Source: Marsupella aquatica
Lineage: Eukaryota; Plantae; Marchantiophyta
Direction of reading: 5' to 3'
DNA length: 64,000 bases
Assembly: GCA_973895155.1 (NCBI GenBank)
Contig: OZ316892.1
Coordinates: 23,879,971 to 23,943,970 of the forward strand
In this document: piece after piece, positions 11,137 through 24,815 of the stretch
Position numbering within the stretch: position 1 is the stretch's first letter
Layout: each line of letters begins with the position of its first letter
Notes under the pieces: model-generated
The model's database searches: none
Seen by the model: only the letters and a program-made list of their open reading frames with translations
Told to the model about the DNA's origin: nothing
Program-made: the position numbers and the translations under genes

Positions 11137-13025
11137 TTGAGAATTTTATTCCTGGATGCATGGATGCTGGATCAACCGGAGTTTAGTGCGGCACGCGTTC
11201 GGAGATACAAGGCTGCTTACCGTGACTACATTGAGACATTGATTGCAAGAGAGAGAGAAGAGAGAAAAGCCACGATGAGAACTGGGTTGGCGGCAAGTTC
11301 CACACCGGTGAGTAGGAAGATTTTCCGTCAAATTTATCCCAAAACCTCCACCAAGGTGATGGACGATTGTAGGAATATTTTTCAAGCCACCGGGCTCACG
11401 GAGTTCATGAAGGTGGAGATTACAATCCCTGCGGGGAAGATTTGGAACATTGAGACCGGAATGGAGTTACGTATGGAAGGAATCTACTTTGAATGTCTCC
11501 AACGGGTAGTGCCCCATGTGGAGTTAGCTAAGCTCCTGTTTCTGGAGAACCAGCAATTCTCATTCACACCCCGGAACATAAGGGGAGAGCTCACGTTGAC
11601 GATGGTGGCCAGTTGGGTGATTAATCCCACCTCCACTACTTCCATTCCTCTTTCCGCTGTCAAGGATGCTGAGCACAAGGGATTTATGGCCAAGATTCAT
11701 CAACGGGTCCTTGGTAACGTGCAATCAGGGGTGGTGAATGGAGAGCATTTCGTGGTAGCTATGGACATCAAGAACTATCCAGCCCATGTGTACGGATGGT
11801 GGTACTATGGGTTGAAGAAGCTATTGGACGCCGATCCGAGAGTGTGAAACCAGGTGGGGCTGTACACTTGATGGGGTCATTTTTGCTGGCCAAAACAGAA
11901 GGGTGGATTGTTTCCCCGGGACAAGAAGACTCTGGATCATCCCTTACCACGGAAATCAGGAGTATTGCCACTACCATCGTGGGGAAACTAACGGAGGGAT
12001 CATCGTCGGCGGTTGGGGATGATAATAGAGAGGAAGAAAACCAGGATGAGGACTCCACATTGGAGTGGCTTGAATCACTTGTGGGAGATCCGAAGGAGCC
12101 CCTGGTCTACGACATTCCTGATGTCTACTTGGCAGAGTTATGGGAATTCCGGGAGGGAGTCCATGAGGGACTCAAGCTAGTCCACGCATTGAGAGATTCT
12201 TTCAAGCAGGCCACCGCCAGAGTAGAGACTTTGGAGCAGAGTGCCCTGTCTATGAAGGAGGTGATCAAGGCCAAGGAGGAGGCCATTCATGAGAAGGTTA
12301 AACTTCTCCAAGCAGCTCACGTAGAGATCTCCAACTTGAAAGGAGCCTTGTCCACCAAGGCCAAGAAAGCGGAAGAGGTTGGAGTATTGAAACAGGCATT
12401 GGCCAAAGAGAAGCAGACTTCTGGAGAAGTGGTGGAGTTAAGAGCCCAGGTGGGAGCACTACGGAGTCAAATGGTGATCTTTGAGACAAGTGCTAAGAGG
12501 AGTGAGGCCTTGAGTCTGGGGAAACGGAAGAGCCCCTGCACACCTAGCTCCACACTTTCCCCGGATTTGGTCTCCAGGGCCATTAAGATGGTGGTGAAGG
12601 AAGTCAGTGGGAAGTATGGACCCCTGTTGGATGCAGCCAAGAAGAGTCAAGAGAAGAGCAAGAGCTTAGAGAAGAAGCTCAGGGAGGTACGTAAATCGTT
12701 ACGAGAAGCTCAGGTCAACACAAGGACCCCGGGGATGCCACCCCGATCTATCACCCCTAGGACTCCCATGGCCACCGGGCAGGTTTTACCGTTGGAGTTG
12801 CGGTCCGGTGAAGAGGCGGCCTTATGGAAGGACACCATTTGTGAGGGGTACATTAAGGCGTGGCAAGCCTTGGCCAATTTGAGGAAGCAGGGGAGCACTA
12901 GCACAAGGAGTACCCCGGTGAAGAAGAAGAGGAGTGAAGTGGCACTCACTCCAGTGGAGAGTGATGAGGAGGCCCACTCACGGGGCTCAAGCCAGGGCAC
13001 CGTGAGTGAAGAGGAGGAGGATTAG
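11137..13025 (+). CDS. Two overlapping ORFs (236 + 409 aa, probably one frameshifted gene); retroelement accessory-type protein with a long coiled coil
   Basis: Long open frames overlap at 11796-11847. E/K/A-rich heptads from ~12150. No gag or pol motifs seen. Confidence 0.5.
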
Positions 13026-13612
13026 AGTGGTCGTACGGACGTGGTTGTACGGCCCCTTGACTTTTCAACTTTTTTGTGAGGGGTCACTCACGGGCTTGTT
13101 GGAAAGAGCTCGCGGAGCTGATTCCAACAAGAGGTGGCGCTCCTCAAACGGAGCCAGGATGAGCAAGTTAGGGCCCGACGAAGTTGGGTTTATGGGATAC
13201 TGAAATGGCCATAACTTGGTCGTCCGATGTTTGTTTCAAGAGCGGTTGAGTGATTCATGATCAGGAGGAGGAGGGCTATCCAGGGGTGAACTCAGAAATG
13301 CAAGTGGAAGGGTGTCTAGTTTCGGCCATTGTGGGGTTCCTTGCAATTTCACGGTTCACGGAGTAACGTTGGGGCGCCGTCGAAGGCACCATCGGCCCCA
13401 TTTTTAGTTTAGGGTTTAGAAGCATGTGTGCGCCGCATGGTTTTAGTTTAGGGGTTTCTTGGTAAAGGGTTTAGCGGCGTTGCTAGTGTAAGCCGCCATC
13501 GTTGTGGCTCCGAAAGGGGTGCTTTGGTGTGTTTTTTTTGGTATTTAGGGGGAAAGCCCCGGAGTAGTAAGGGGGGGAACTCAGCGTAGTGCTTTGATGC
13601 TTTTGAGTACTT

Positions 13613-13950
13613 CAATCTATTCATTAAAAGTGAATTATTATTCAATTTATGAACATTTGGGTAACAAAAAGTGTACATTTGGCTTTCAAAAGTGTACAAT
13701 TGGACCAGAAATAAAGATGCTTGCCATCAAATGTACCACCATGTTCATCCTTTGTAAATGAACTAGGATGAGACTCCTTCTAGTAAAGATCATTTTTGCA
13801 CCCTCAAGTTTACAATTGATCATTTAGGTGTAGAGTAGTATACTATATTGTACCTTTTGGGGTTAAAAAGTGTACATTTGGAGACCAAAAAGTGAACATT
13901 TAGAGGCCTAAAAGTGAACAAAATAAAATACACTTTTAATGAATAGAGTG
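13613..13950. mobile_element. Small AT-rich MITE-like element nested in the TG..CA insert
   Basis: 17-bp inverted repeat TCTATTCATTAAAAGTG (13616-13632) / CACTTTTAATGAATAGA (13931-13947), with internal AAAAGTGTACATTT repeats. No clear TSD. Confidence 0.6.
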
Positions 13951-14532
13951 ATCGCCCGACTAGCTTTTGTGAGTAGCGCACCGATTAGGTGAAGTTCAAG
14001 CCAGAGTAGTGAGGTGGAGAACGTAGCACTTGTCTCAGGGAGGCAGGAGTTGGGCAGACGGCAGGAGGCCGGGTTGTCCTTGCATGTGTTACGGGAAACA
14101 CCAAGAGATATGGATTTGGCTTGAGTTCCAATATTTTGTGTGTCACTTGTTGTTGCTTGTGTTGTTTGTTTTCCTCCCCTAGTGCATGTGGTCAGTTTCG
14201 TTGTGGAAACATTTGCCCTTGTCACTAGTGTTCAAACCTTATTGTAAACGTTTGTATGCTTGCCCATGAAAGGGGGGTGGTGACAACACTCACCCGGTGG
14301 GCATGAGATGTAGATGGTAGGACCAGTCCCTTGGACTTGATCAAAAACGGAGAGACCAGTTGGTAGACTTGATCAAAAAGTACACTTCCGGGAGCGGAAT
14401 CAAACATACTCATCCTTAGGTGTGAAAATCCTCCAAATAGCGTCCCCTCCACGACCCCGTAATACGATACCAACGGTTTAAGCGAAGAAAAGTACAGTTT
14501 GCACGTATTAATCGTTGGATAGGCAAGTGACA

Positions 14533-17500
14533 GGGTTTATCCACCAAGTTATTGAAGTATATACTCTGCTTCACTCGGGTCAGCCGGTCCTTACTGAGAT
14601 GAGGGTTCCCAACAAGCTGACTTACAAACGTACTTTTGTAGATCTCTCATCCATTATGAGTGACAGTTGGACACACTTCCTGTATGGGCGCCCCATAAAC
14701 CAAGTTTGAATACATTATATTCATAGTAGCCTCCAATTCAGCCCCAGCCACCTCTAAATCTGGGTCTACCTCCCTATGGACCTCCCTCTCCTCGCCAGTA
14801 GGAATGACAGTAGGGATGATACCTGCCTGTAAGCTTGGGCCAGACATTGGGGCTGACATTGGTGTAGATGATGATGCAGTTCCAAGTACATTTTCAGTGG
14901 AGGTGGTTCTAGGGGTGGACTCAAGAGGTAGAGTATCCCGCACATCTACCAAGGTGTCCACATTAATATTACACCAGCCACCAAACTTGGTGCCTTTCTC
15001 CTCAACTTTCCATGGTGAATTCCACCATAGTTTGTTGTTGGCAGATGTTGAAGGATTCATTTGCAATTCAGTGGCTGCAGTTTGAGCCAACTTGAACCCC
15101 TCTTGCAAAGCTAGGACGACATCTGCATCAGTCTCAATCCCTATGTAATCTGATTGGTCTGCCTCTATATCAGTCCCCTCTTTTGCAGGATGAAGAGTCA
15201 TCCAAATGCTCTTATGCTTTTTATGGCTCTGTCCAACACCCATCATTCCCTCTGCCAGATCCATTGCAGCCAACCTATTAAGGGAGGTTGCACACTCTAT
15301 TAATTCTGCTATATCATAGTTCCGCTCATTACCCCGCATACCCTCTACCTTGGAAAAAAACTGTTCACAAGCATCTGACCCGGTCAGATGTAATGGCACT
15401 GGCAGATGACGGAAATTAGTCCTAAATTGAATTATCAAGAAGACTACAAAATGGACTAACATCTGTATGTCCAGGAAAGTCTGCATAGGGATGCAGCTCT
15501 TGGTAAAAGTTATACTCTGTGTGTTACCTCCCACTGCATGATTACCATGGAAGCACCACAGACGCCACAACCTGAAAAAGAAACCCACTTTCCCACATAG
15601 GACAATTCTCTCTCGCAAAGTGAGTCAGGTATTCATAAATATATCCAAGTAATCAGCACATATCCCTGTATAAACCTCAGTCCCAAGTGCCAGCTCTACC
15701 TTTGCATCCTTGCGCAATCGTAGCATCTTTAGCATGGAACTCACTTTGCGGCTACACAGCCTTTGTGCACTTGCCCAATTTTTCCTGTCTGCACGTCTTA
15801 TGTCCTCCTCATTAAGACCATGCTCTTCATGCTCATATAAACGGTAGACATGTCTCAAGTGACTCAAGTTCGCCACCTGCGACCCTAATTTTAGGATCCG
15901 GGCAGTAGAATCCAATGGATTAACTAGCTTCTTCCCATTGTGGATAAAATCCTGATCATGTAGCCCTGTTGCATGCCTCAATGTTCCATCATTGGTCATG
16001 GTGTGAGTCAGTTTCCAACCTTCCCACATCAGGTTTGGTGCCCTTGGCCCTGGTACCCCTCTTCCACTGTAGTCCTCAAGCATGAGTTTTCGTCTTTGCG
16101 AATCCCCATCACTTGCGTGGCCTAGTAGAGGCCCCCACCTTCTCTAGACAGTGGGTGGTCCACATTGAATCCATGTCACTCCATTGTCGCCTGACCCAAG
16201 GACTGTCAAACGTATTACAGGTTGACGTGCCCAGTACAGGCAAGCGAGGGAACCCCACAGCAAGAGGATTCACTATCACACATCTTGCAAGGTGCCCTAC
16301 CCTTGAATTATCAAAAGCACCTATAATGTTGTTGAAGCCAACTTCTCCCTACCACACCTCTATTTGCAATCCAGTCTTACATTCATGGTCAGTTTTGCTT
16401 CCACAAAACCCAAGAAGTGTATCATCTTTAGGCAACCATCTGCAAAGAATGCAAGATGTCACTACTTTAGTGTATGTTCAAAGAACTCCACGTACTTGAA
16501 CTAGAGAAGTCATTGAATAGCTTTGACAAATTTTCATAAGTTGTTGAAGGCAAATTACGTGACTGTTCGCTTTGACATAGGTCTCGTCCTCTGCCAGAAA
16601 GTAGGGAATTGGGCCTGATATATCCAGGCGGTTTTTTATTTCAGAGTAGATCTTTGCAATAAACTTGAATTGAGATTCATGGATCCCTGCTCTGAACACT
16701 GGCATACCTCTCCTATCTCGTTGTAGGGTGTTTAAACTAGGCCCTATTCTGTTAGTGGCAAGGCAGTCAACTACACGACGCCCACCATGCAAGAACAATG
16801 TTTGGCATAAAAGCTTTGTTCTTGGCTTAATTATATCTATAACCTTCCTTCTCTTTGTTCAAGTTCGAAGTTATATCTGACAACATATCCCATAGAGCAC
16901 CCCTTCCACCAAAAGCACCCCTTTTGTGTGCTAAAACTATTGATTGGCAAGATTTCAAGACAGATTCCTTGTTTGGACCCTGATAGTTGAGGCAAACCTC
17001 CCTCACACTTGGAATTGAGGACTTAAACATAAGCAATTTATGGCTGAGGAATCTCTGTAACTTTCTCTCTCTGCAAAGAGTATTCCTATACACTTTAGCT
17101 TGCCTCTGAATCTCAAAAACGTTGAGGTACCCTAGGCGCCTACCCTTCCCAGTCCCTCTCAAACCCCGTTTCTCAAGGGCTTTATCTTCTCTTGATACCC
17201 TTTGTCTAAAGTCATCTAATGTTTTTATGGAAAAACATTTTGAGCATGTCAAATCTTCAAAACCACCCCCTTCTTGTGAAATTCGCCTACATTCGGAATG
17301 TCTGAATAAACCCATGATCACACAAGTCTATTGAGTGGACAAACACTACACCTCTACCCTGACCAGAGGCTCTGCAAACCATTCCCCTCTACTTTGACTT
17401 GGTCATTCAAGACTCCCTTGATAGGCCTGGATTCTGAACCATATTGTAACTCATCCCACCATAGACCCCAACACAAAAGTGAGAAGTTATCAATAATACC

Positions 17501-18710
17501 TCTGTCATTGTCTGTTGTAGGCACTCGAGAGGAACTGCTGGAAGCACCTGCAGCGGACGAACGGCTCAAAAACCCCTGGATTGTCCGTTGTTTGACATCC
17601 CTCCCATCCACAGTTCGGGGTCTTCCAGGACGTCCTGACATGACAGGCTCATTTCTTGCAGGCCTCTGACTTTTTGTCACGTAATCAAGATGACTCAACC
17701 CACTACAATGAGCGTTGAGGTTGGACTCCAAGTTCCGTTGCTTTGGTATCAATGACATGTGGCATAGACAAAAATTGCAGAAAAGCTTCAACCTCTGCAG
17801 CTCCACCGGGTCCTTCTGGACATCACCCACAACAGTAAATTATCTTGACCGACACTCTGGGACTCATTGACCTTTGCAATTATGCTCAGATGCTGGTCTA
17901 GTATGGCTCTATCGCTCATACTAGTAGCAAGAGCCCTTCTTGAAATCTCCCGTGGGTCCACAGTTTCCCCCTGTTTGATGCAACACAGGCTGTATGCTTG
18001 GATGAGCGCAAATGCTTGCTCTTGTAGTTTGTGAAAGCATTGTTGATGAATATTTTATCCATCAATCCTCCCTTTGGCCCCTCCACCCGAGTGTCACACT
18101 CACAACACTCAAGATGTCCCCTTGGTAGGTTGTCTTTGTCCCAAGTTTTGACCTTCCATTTATGGTCACCACATTTAATAGACTCCATGTAAGCCAACAA
18201 CTTCTCCACAGATGATGTCCATACTCTCTTAAGATCATTGGACATCACTTCAGACAGAAAGGTGACTTGTAGATCAGGCTCAGGCTCAAGCTCAGGCTCG
18301 GGCTCAGATGATGGAGCCTCAGAATCTCGACTAGGGCCCAATTTGGGTTCGTCCATGATCGGAGAAGTGGCACGCTCGTCACTCTCAGTCCAGGATGGCC
18401 CATTTGAGGCATTGCTACTTCAGAGGACTTGATGCAGTCCTACCAACACATTCTGAATGGGAGCATCACTACCATTCACGGGGATGATAATGATCTTCCC
18501 CCCAAAATCCTCAATGAGATTGAGTTTCTCCCATTTTCTCTGCATTCTTGTATTGAGACTGACATCAATAAAGTCAAAGTCAAAGTCAAACTGTGACTCC
18601 AACTTTAGTCTGACATCAGCAAAATATTTGCCTATGAGGTAGCTATATGATGACACTGGCTTCCGCTCCCCACCTTTGGAGTCTACTTGAAATAGTGTGG
18701 TGGGCGGCAT
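14533..18710 (-). pseudogene. P-element/THAP9-like DDE transposase, main part (stops, frameshifts, at least one intron ~16442-16558)
   Basis: GPSLNTL; FLAEDETYVK (D1); GHASDGDSQRRKLM (D2, ~16110); QDFIHNGKKLVN (DxxH motif); DRKNWASAQRLCSRKV (P-type insertion region); LTGSDACEQFFSKV (E). N-terminal C2H2-like fingers CCECD..HLRSSKH and CNFC..HCSGLSH. Confidence 0.8.
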
Positions 18711-18899
18711 TCTATCACACCCTCTTTTGTAACCCTATGCACCTCACATGGGCCTGCAAACATTTGAGAATACAATATGACCATCAACACCATGAGGGTC
18801 AACTTCCTATGTTTTCATTAGGCAGACAACATAGGTTCTACTGCAAAATGATGAGTGTGGAAGAATAAATGATAAGTCTGAGGGATAAGATTAACAGAA

Positions 18900-21800
18900 A
18901 GAAGCTAGCAGAGGGATAAGATTGACAGAAAGAAGTCAGAGGGATAACATGGATAGAACAACAGAGTATTCTAGCCCAACAGACGTTTGGAGACCGCCTC
19001 CACTGGAACAATCCCACGAGGGCCTTGCCCCATCCCGACCATTTCTCGTGGTGATTGGCTTTGCAAGGTCCATTGTTGCTTTCTCCGAGAATTTTGGGTG
19101 GGAAGGGACGTACCCTTTGCATGCAAGGATTCCAATTTTGGCGTAAGCACAAGAGAGCATGGGATCCGCACATGACCATTTAAGCTTGTCCCATTCAAAG
19201 CTTGTCCCGGTCCCAGTTAATGTGCTAGGTCCATGTACGGTCGGGGCCAGGCCCACACTCCAATCCCTCTCCTTCAATAGTCAGTTGGGCTTTGCAGAGG
19301 GTCAATTGCAAGCTTGAGGGGGGCAAAAAGGATATCCAATTTCTCCACCAAAAGGATTCTAGTCCTTCCCAATCTACAAGGGCTGGACAAGGTGTTACAC
19401 CAAATGGCTAGGATTAGTTTGTTGAGATTGGATGATGAGATCTTGCATGCCAAGTCTTTGGAAGTGTGTCCAGGCTTTTAGGAAGTCCCAATCTTCTTGG
19501 AAGTGTGCACAACAATTTTGGAAGTGTGTCAAACCTTTATGGAAGTGGTGTTCAACTAAATCTTTATGATCTTTGAGTCCTTTTTCTCTCCTTTTTGAGC
19601 TAATCCTTTTTGCATCCTTTTGCCCCCCTCAATCTTGCAATTGACCAGAGTCACTATTGATACCAGCAAAGAAGCTGAGACTAGACCACCCAAGCCCTAT
19701 TACCTAACAGGCTCTAAGCACTCAACGCCCCCTATATACACTTTTTGGGCAACCTGCTTCAAAATTAATAGAGTGCTAGACTGCCAGCGACCAAATCTAG
19801 CAGTCTCCAATGGGGGCATTACTTCCCCATGGTCTCTGATTAATTTGATGGGCCCTGCAAACAAGCTAGTTCTAAATCTACAGCGGAAAGTGACAAAGCT
19901 GAAATGATAACTTACCTGAGAACACACAATGCCCTGTACATTATCCTTTGATAACAGAAATGCAAAATACCAGGAAAGAAAGCACTAGTAGGGAAAAATA
20001 TTGCTTGGCTGTACCTTGGAGTTCAAATGGCAGATCAGTACAAGAGAGTGCTCGCACGTAGAGAGAGCACGACGCAAATGCCCTGAAAAACATCATAGCA
20101 TTTCAGAACCAGGAAACAACATAAACATATATAATGCAAGCTTGTTACTTTGCAAGTTCTTAAAACTGTACATCGATCTATCCAGTACATAGATCAATCA
20201 TTAAACCAAGCCTTACCTTTTGGTTTGCTAGATAGGCCGACTCATCATCCACGGGTCCATCAACTTTTGCAATTATCCTAGGACGTAAAAACACCAGAGT
20301 TAGTTTTAAGTATTGGCAAGTCCATCAGCTCCACAATTTTTATGGCATGCCTTTCAGATACAATGATAGGATTGTCATCATAGTTTCTGGCATAAGAAAC
20401 TCAGACTGCCTAAACCAAGGATGACATAAGAATTGATGAGACTGATGAACACATGATAAGTTAATTCCAAAATGAGTGTTGGATCAACACCATACACTTT
20501 TTACAAAATGACCTATCCATGAGGTCGTGTAAGCCTAAATTCCATCTAGACCACAAAACGCTGCACCTAATGACATACCTAGGGACCGTCATTAAGTCCT
20601 AACACAAAGGGGTCAGTGTTCCAAAGCTGGCACACTTTCCACTAACGCTTTTTAGCAAAGACATCATTGTCCTTCACATCTGCATCAGGATCTACATCGC
20701 ATGAAGGACATTTTGCATCTAAAGCATGCATGCAACCTGCAGCAACAGTGTACTGTACGCCTTCTACCTCACGCGTGAAAAGAATGGACACAGGGTTCAT
20801 ATACTTTTCCCACATAGACACCCATCTCATCCTAGGGGGAGGAGCAGCCCCAAAAAGGATGGTAACGGGTAAATCCGTTCGAAACAACCCTAAGGCCTTC
20901 AATTTACAACGAAGCCTTATTGCCTTCTCGTAAAGAAGACCTACTGATTGGCTTCAGGTGATTACCATTGCTGTACCCCTGTGTTACCTTGGCGACAGAA
21001 GACTCTTTGACTCTAAACTTCAATCACAACTTGCACAACACCTAGTCCAGTCAGCTACCTGCACGCAAAAGATATATTTGAGTCATTAAACCCAAAATTA
21101 AAGCACGTACAATAAATCAATCAGCTACAGATGAAGATAATATGGAAGACCAAAAACCAGTACCAAGAGAATGTAAATGAAATACCAACCTATTGTCTCA
21201 CGACTGACTTTTCCAAAATATCAAGGCTAGCTCGCGCTGCTGTGTAATCCTCAACCAAGAACTCTTTTGTGGCAAGCAATGCATACCAGATCAGTATGAT
21301 TTAGATTAGCAACTACTGATTTCAACAATGCAGTAGAAAAGTTGAAGCAAATTCTCTAGCAATAGCATAAACTAAGCTAAGCCAAACAAATCAGGCAAAC
21401 ACTACAACTTTGCGGAAACAGCCAAGGAAAAGAATGTACCTTCACTTCCACCTTTCGGGCTTCTTGACACTTTTGGCAGGATGACTGTGCCCCAACGCCT
21501 GAATGCATAGGAATGCTTGGACGATGACCTTAGTCTGCAATGTCCTTCACCCCCGATGCCTCGCGCGGTGCCTGGAAAAGACAACAATCCATTGCCTTCA
21601 GATTGCAGACAAACACAAATTTTAACTACTTGCACCGTCGAAGCAATCGATGCAAAAAAAAGCTCTACAAGTGCGGCCCATTAATGAAGTTATCTATTGT
21701 TGACTGTAAATGTCCAATTCTAATTCTAGTACTGCTAACCTTTGCTTCCACCTTGTTGTCTTGTTGTTGCTCGCCTCCTATTGATGGAGTCCGCAAGCGG

Positions 21801-23400
21801 GTCCGCAAGGCCTTCACATAAAAATTGGATGGATCCCTAAACCATAGTCACACAAACAAATATAGTAAGCCCCAAGTGGGGCCCCAAGACCTTAAAAAGG
21901 CGCAACATATATGGACACAACATCGGGCACAACATGCCTATGTGCATAGGTCGGGGGTGCTCACCTTCACTTTGGTCCACCTTCTTGCCTTGTGAGTGCC
22001 CCCTCCAATCACTGTCTCCAAAATTGAATGCTGCAGCTCGCAGCTGCAAGTCTGCATCACAATGTACAGACCTCGGTACAGACCTAATCAGGATGGATAA
22101 TCTCAAACTGATTTCAGCATTAGATTAAAAAAGGTCGGATCGTAGCTCTAGCAAAACATTGAAGCACAACTGTTTGGAAAGATGAATTAACTGAAGGAAA
22201 ATAGTAAACCTTCAATCGCACCTTCGGGCCTTGTTGCGGCCTCGTCCCTCCAATAAACTGAGCCTGAATGCTGAAAAACAGAACAATCCCACAGATCACC
22301 TCACTCTACAATATTGGGGCTCCCCATTGCCCAAAACAAACAGCAATCCGGCCCTACGTACAATATTATCTACCCATAGGATTGAAGTGCTTGCAAAACA
22401 AGAAGCATTGATTCAATCTCTTCAAAACAATTGCTACACATGCAATCCCTCTCCTGAAGTGTGTGGCCCAATAATTTTACAGTGTGGTCCAAAGGTCGGA
22501 GGTGCTCACCTACCCACCTTCTTGTCTACTTTCCGCCCCTTCTCCAATTCATGGAGCCCGCAATGCCAAGAAAAAACCTGAATGGACCCCTACAACATAG
22601 ATTGAGAGAAATTCACAGTTAGCCCAAGACCTTACAAATGCCAGACATGGACAAATGTAAATGTTGAAAGTTCAGGGGTATTTACCTATGCTTCCACCAT
22701 TCTTGTCCCGGGTTCTCATCTTGTTGCCGCTCCCCCTCCAATAGATATATGGAGCCCGCAATGCCAATAAAACTGAATCAATCCCTCAACCAGACTGAGA
22801 AAGATTTAAAGTTTGTGGAAACCCTTAAAATGCCAAAGAGATGGACAAGAAATGCAAATGTGCATAGGTTGGTGGTGCTCACCTTCACGTCCACCTTCTC
22901 GCGTTGTGAGTGCTTCCCTCTGATTGACGTCGCCCCCAACACCCCAAGGAAAACGTACTGACATTAGGGTTGTAGATGCTGAATGCAAGAACCGGCCAGA
23001 AAAATTAGTCCATTCAACCTTTGTGCAACAAAATTGGATTGAAAGGCCGAGGTTGGCCTCCGCTACAGCATATGATAGCGGACAACAGTGAGAACGAGTC
23101 CGAGCAACATCTAGAAATTCAAAAGCTGAAAGTGGACTTGGATGGAGTACAGCGCACCTATCGGACTTGGATGGAGTACAGCGCACCATTGCTTGTCGTA
23201 GCTCAAGATGCTCACCTTGTCTTATTGATGTCCACTCAAATCAATGGAGCCACCAATGCTCAAAGCAACAACGATCAATCCCTGCGCCCAAACGCTGACA
23301 AACCAATTTTAAGTTTGGCCCAAGAACTTAAAAGTATGAGACTAGAAGAAAAATGCGAATGTGAATAGGTCCACAGATCACCTTAACTTTGGCCTTCTTG
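18900..23400 (-). pseudogene. Second, uncharacterised decayed multi-exon gene within element B
   Basis: Minus-strand exon-like fragments (e.g. 19700-19915, 20590-21058, 21190-21290) bounded by splice-like sites. No family recognised. Confidence 0.35.
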
Positions 23401-24271
23401 TCTTGTTGCCGTCCACACCGTTCTCACCGACACAAGGCCCGAAGACAGCCGACCCCACACAAACCCGCAAGTGATTAGAGCTCTGGAGGGACAGAGCGAT
23501 GGCGGGAGCGATGGTGGACAAGCAAAGAGCGATGGTGGACGAGCAAAGAGCAATGGTGGACCAGTGACAAGCGGTGGTGGACGAGCGATGGTGGACAAGC
23601 TCTCACGCAGGGCAACAAGCAACAAGCAGAGCGACGAGCGGAGCGATCGAAGGACCAACGAGCGGAGCGATGAGCAATGGCGGGCGACAGAGTGAACCAG
23701 GCAAGGGTCGACAACAGAGTGACCAGGAATCAGGACGCAAATGCAGTGTCGAGTGAGGGCAAAAACTTCTAATGGACACGGATTGACTCATTGGAGGGTG
23801 GAGATCTTCCCTCCCTCGGATCCAATGGCCAGCACTTTGCATTAAAGTGCTTTCTAAAACCCTAAGCCCTAATAGCCCGCCCAAAGGGCACCGTACTAAT
23901 GTAAACCCCCCCTAAATCCCCGAACCCCTGCCAATTCAAACTCCCAACCCTGACTTAAACTTGACCACACATATACTTGCCAAGGTTACAATAGGCAAGT
24001 ATTTACATTTCAATATTCCTCCATCCAATTAGGTGTTGACAAGTGGGCCACTAATACCATGACGCGTGGCACCGGGGAAAAAACAACCCTTCCAGAAATT
24101 TAAGATGTATGCTATTTCATAAGTACCTATTTACTTATATTTGAGTTTAGGAATAGAATTGCGGGTTGGGGTCTTCTAAGTCAATTATAATTATTAGTTC
24201 AAAACGAATAAAATCCACCCTTCGAGCGTTCGCATGTCCTACCCGTATTAGTTAAGACTGAGGGCCCAGGG

Positions 24272-24815
24272 AACATAGTGTCAAATCCAGGTAGTGATGA
24301 CTGGATTCTAGATAGTGCATGTACTTTTCATATTTGCTCTAGGAGAGATTTTTTCAGTTCTTACACGGTTTCCAATGGATCAGTGTTGATGGGAAATGGA
24401 ATCCCATGTCAAGTTGTTGGACTTGGATCTGTAAGATTTCAAATGTTTGATGGTGCTGTGAGAACATTGAGGAATGTGAGACATATTCCCAACATGATGA
24501 AAAATCTCATTTCCCTTGGAGTTTTAGAAGCAAATGGCTATCAGTGGAGTTCTGCTAATGGTGTCCTTCAGGTTTCAACTGGTACTAAAGTTGTATTGAA
24601 GGGAAAGAGACATAGCAATCTATACATTTTGGATGGTAGTGTAGTTTTTGATGAAGCCAATGTAACCTTATCTCATGAGGAGACGGCCCGGCTGTGGCAC
24701 TTCCGTTTGGGCCACATGAGTGAAAAAGGTTTGGCTATTCTTCAGAGAAAAGAATTATTTTCTAATTTGCAATCTTATACTAATAATCTTAGAATATTGT
24801 AAGTTGGAATTTTGC
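24272..24815 (+). pseudogene. Inverted copia protease/GAG-pre-integrase fragment captured inside the end of element B
   Basis: DDWILDSACTFH...LWHFRLGHMSEKG. Near-identical in reverse complement to ~25440-25957. Lies between two copies of the element B right end (ending 24271 and 24853). Confidence 0.9.

Larger units (their letters stand above)
10270..14532. mobile_element. 4.26-kb TG...CA insertion with 5-bp TSD (solo LTR or non-autonomous LTR-retroelement derivative)
   Basis: Starts TGTGAC (10270), ends GTGACA (14532), flanked by GGGTT at 10265-10269 and 14533-14537. It splits the transposase reading frame. Confidence 0.85.
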
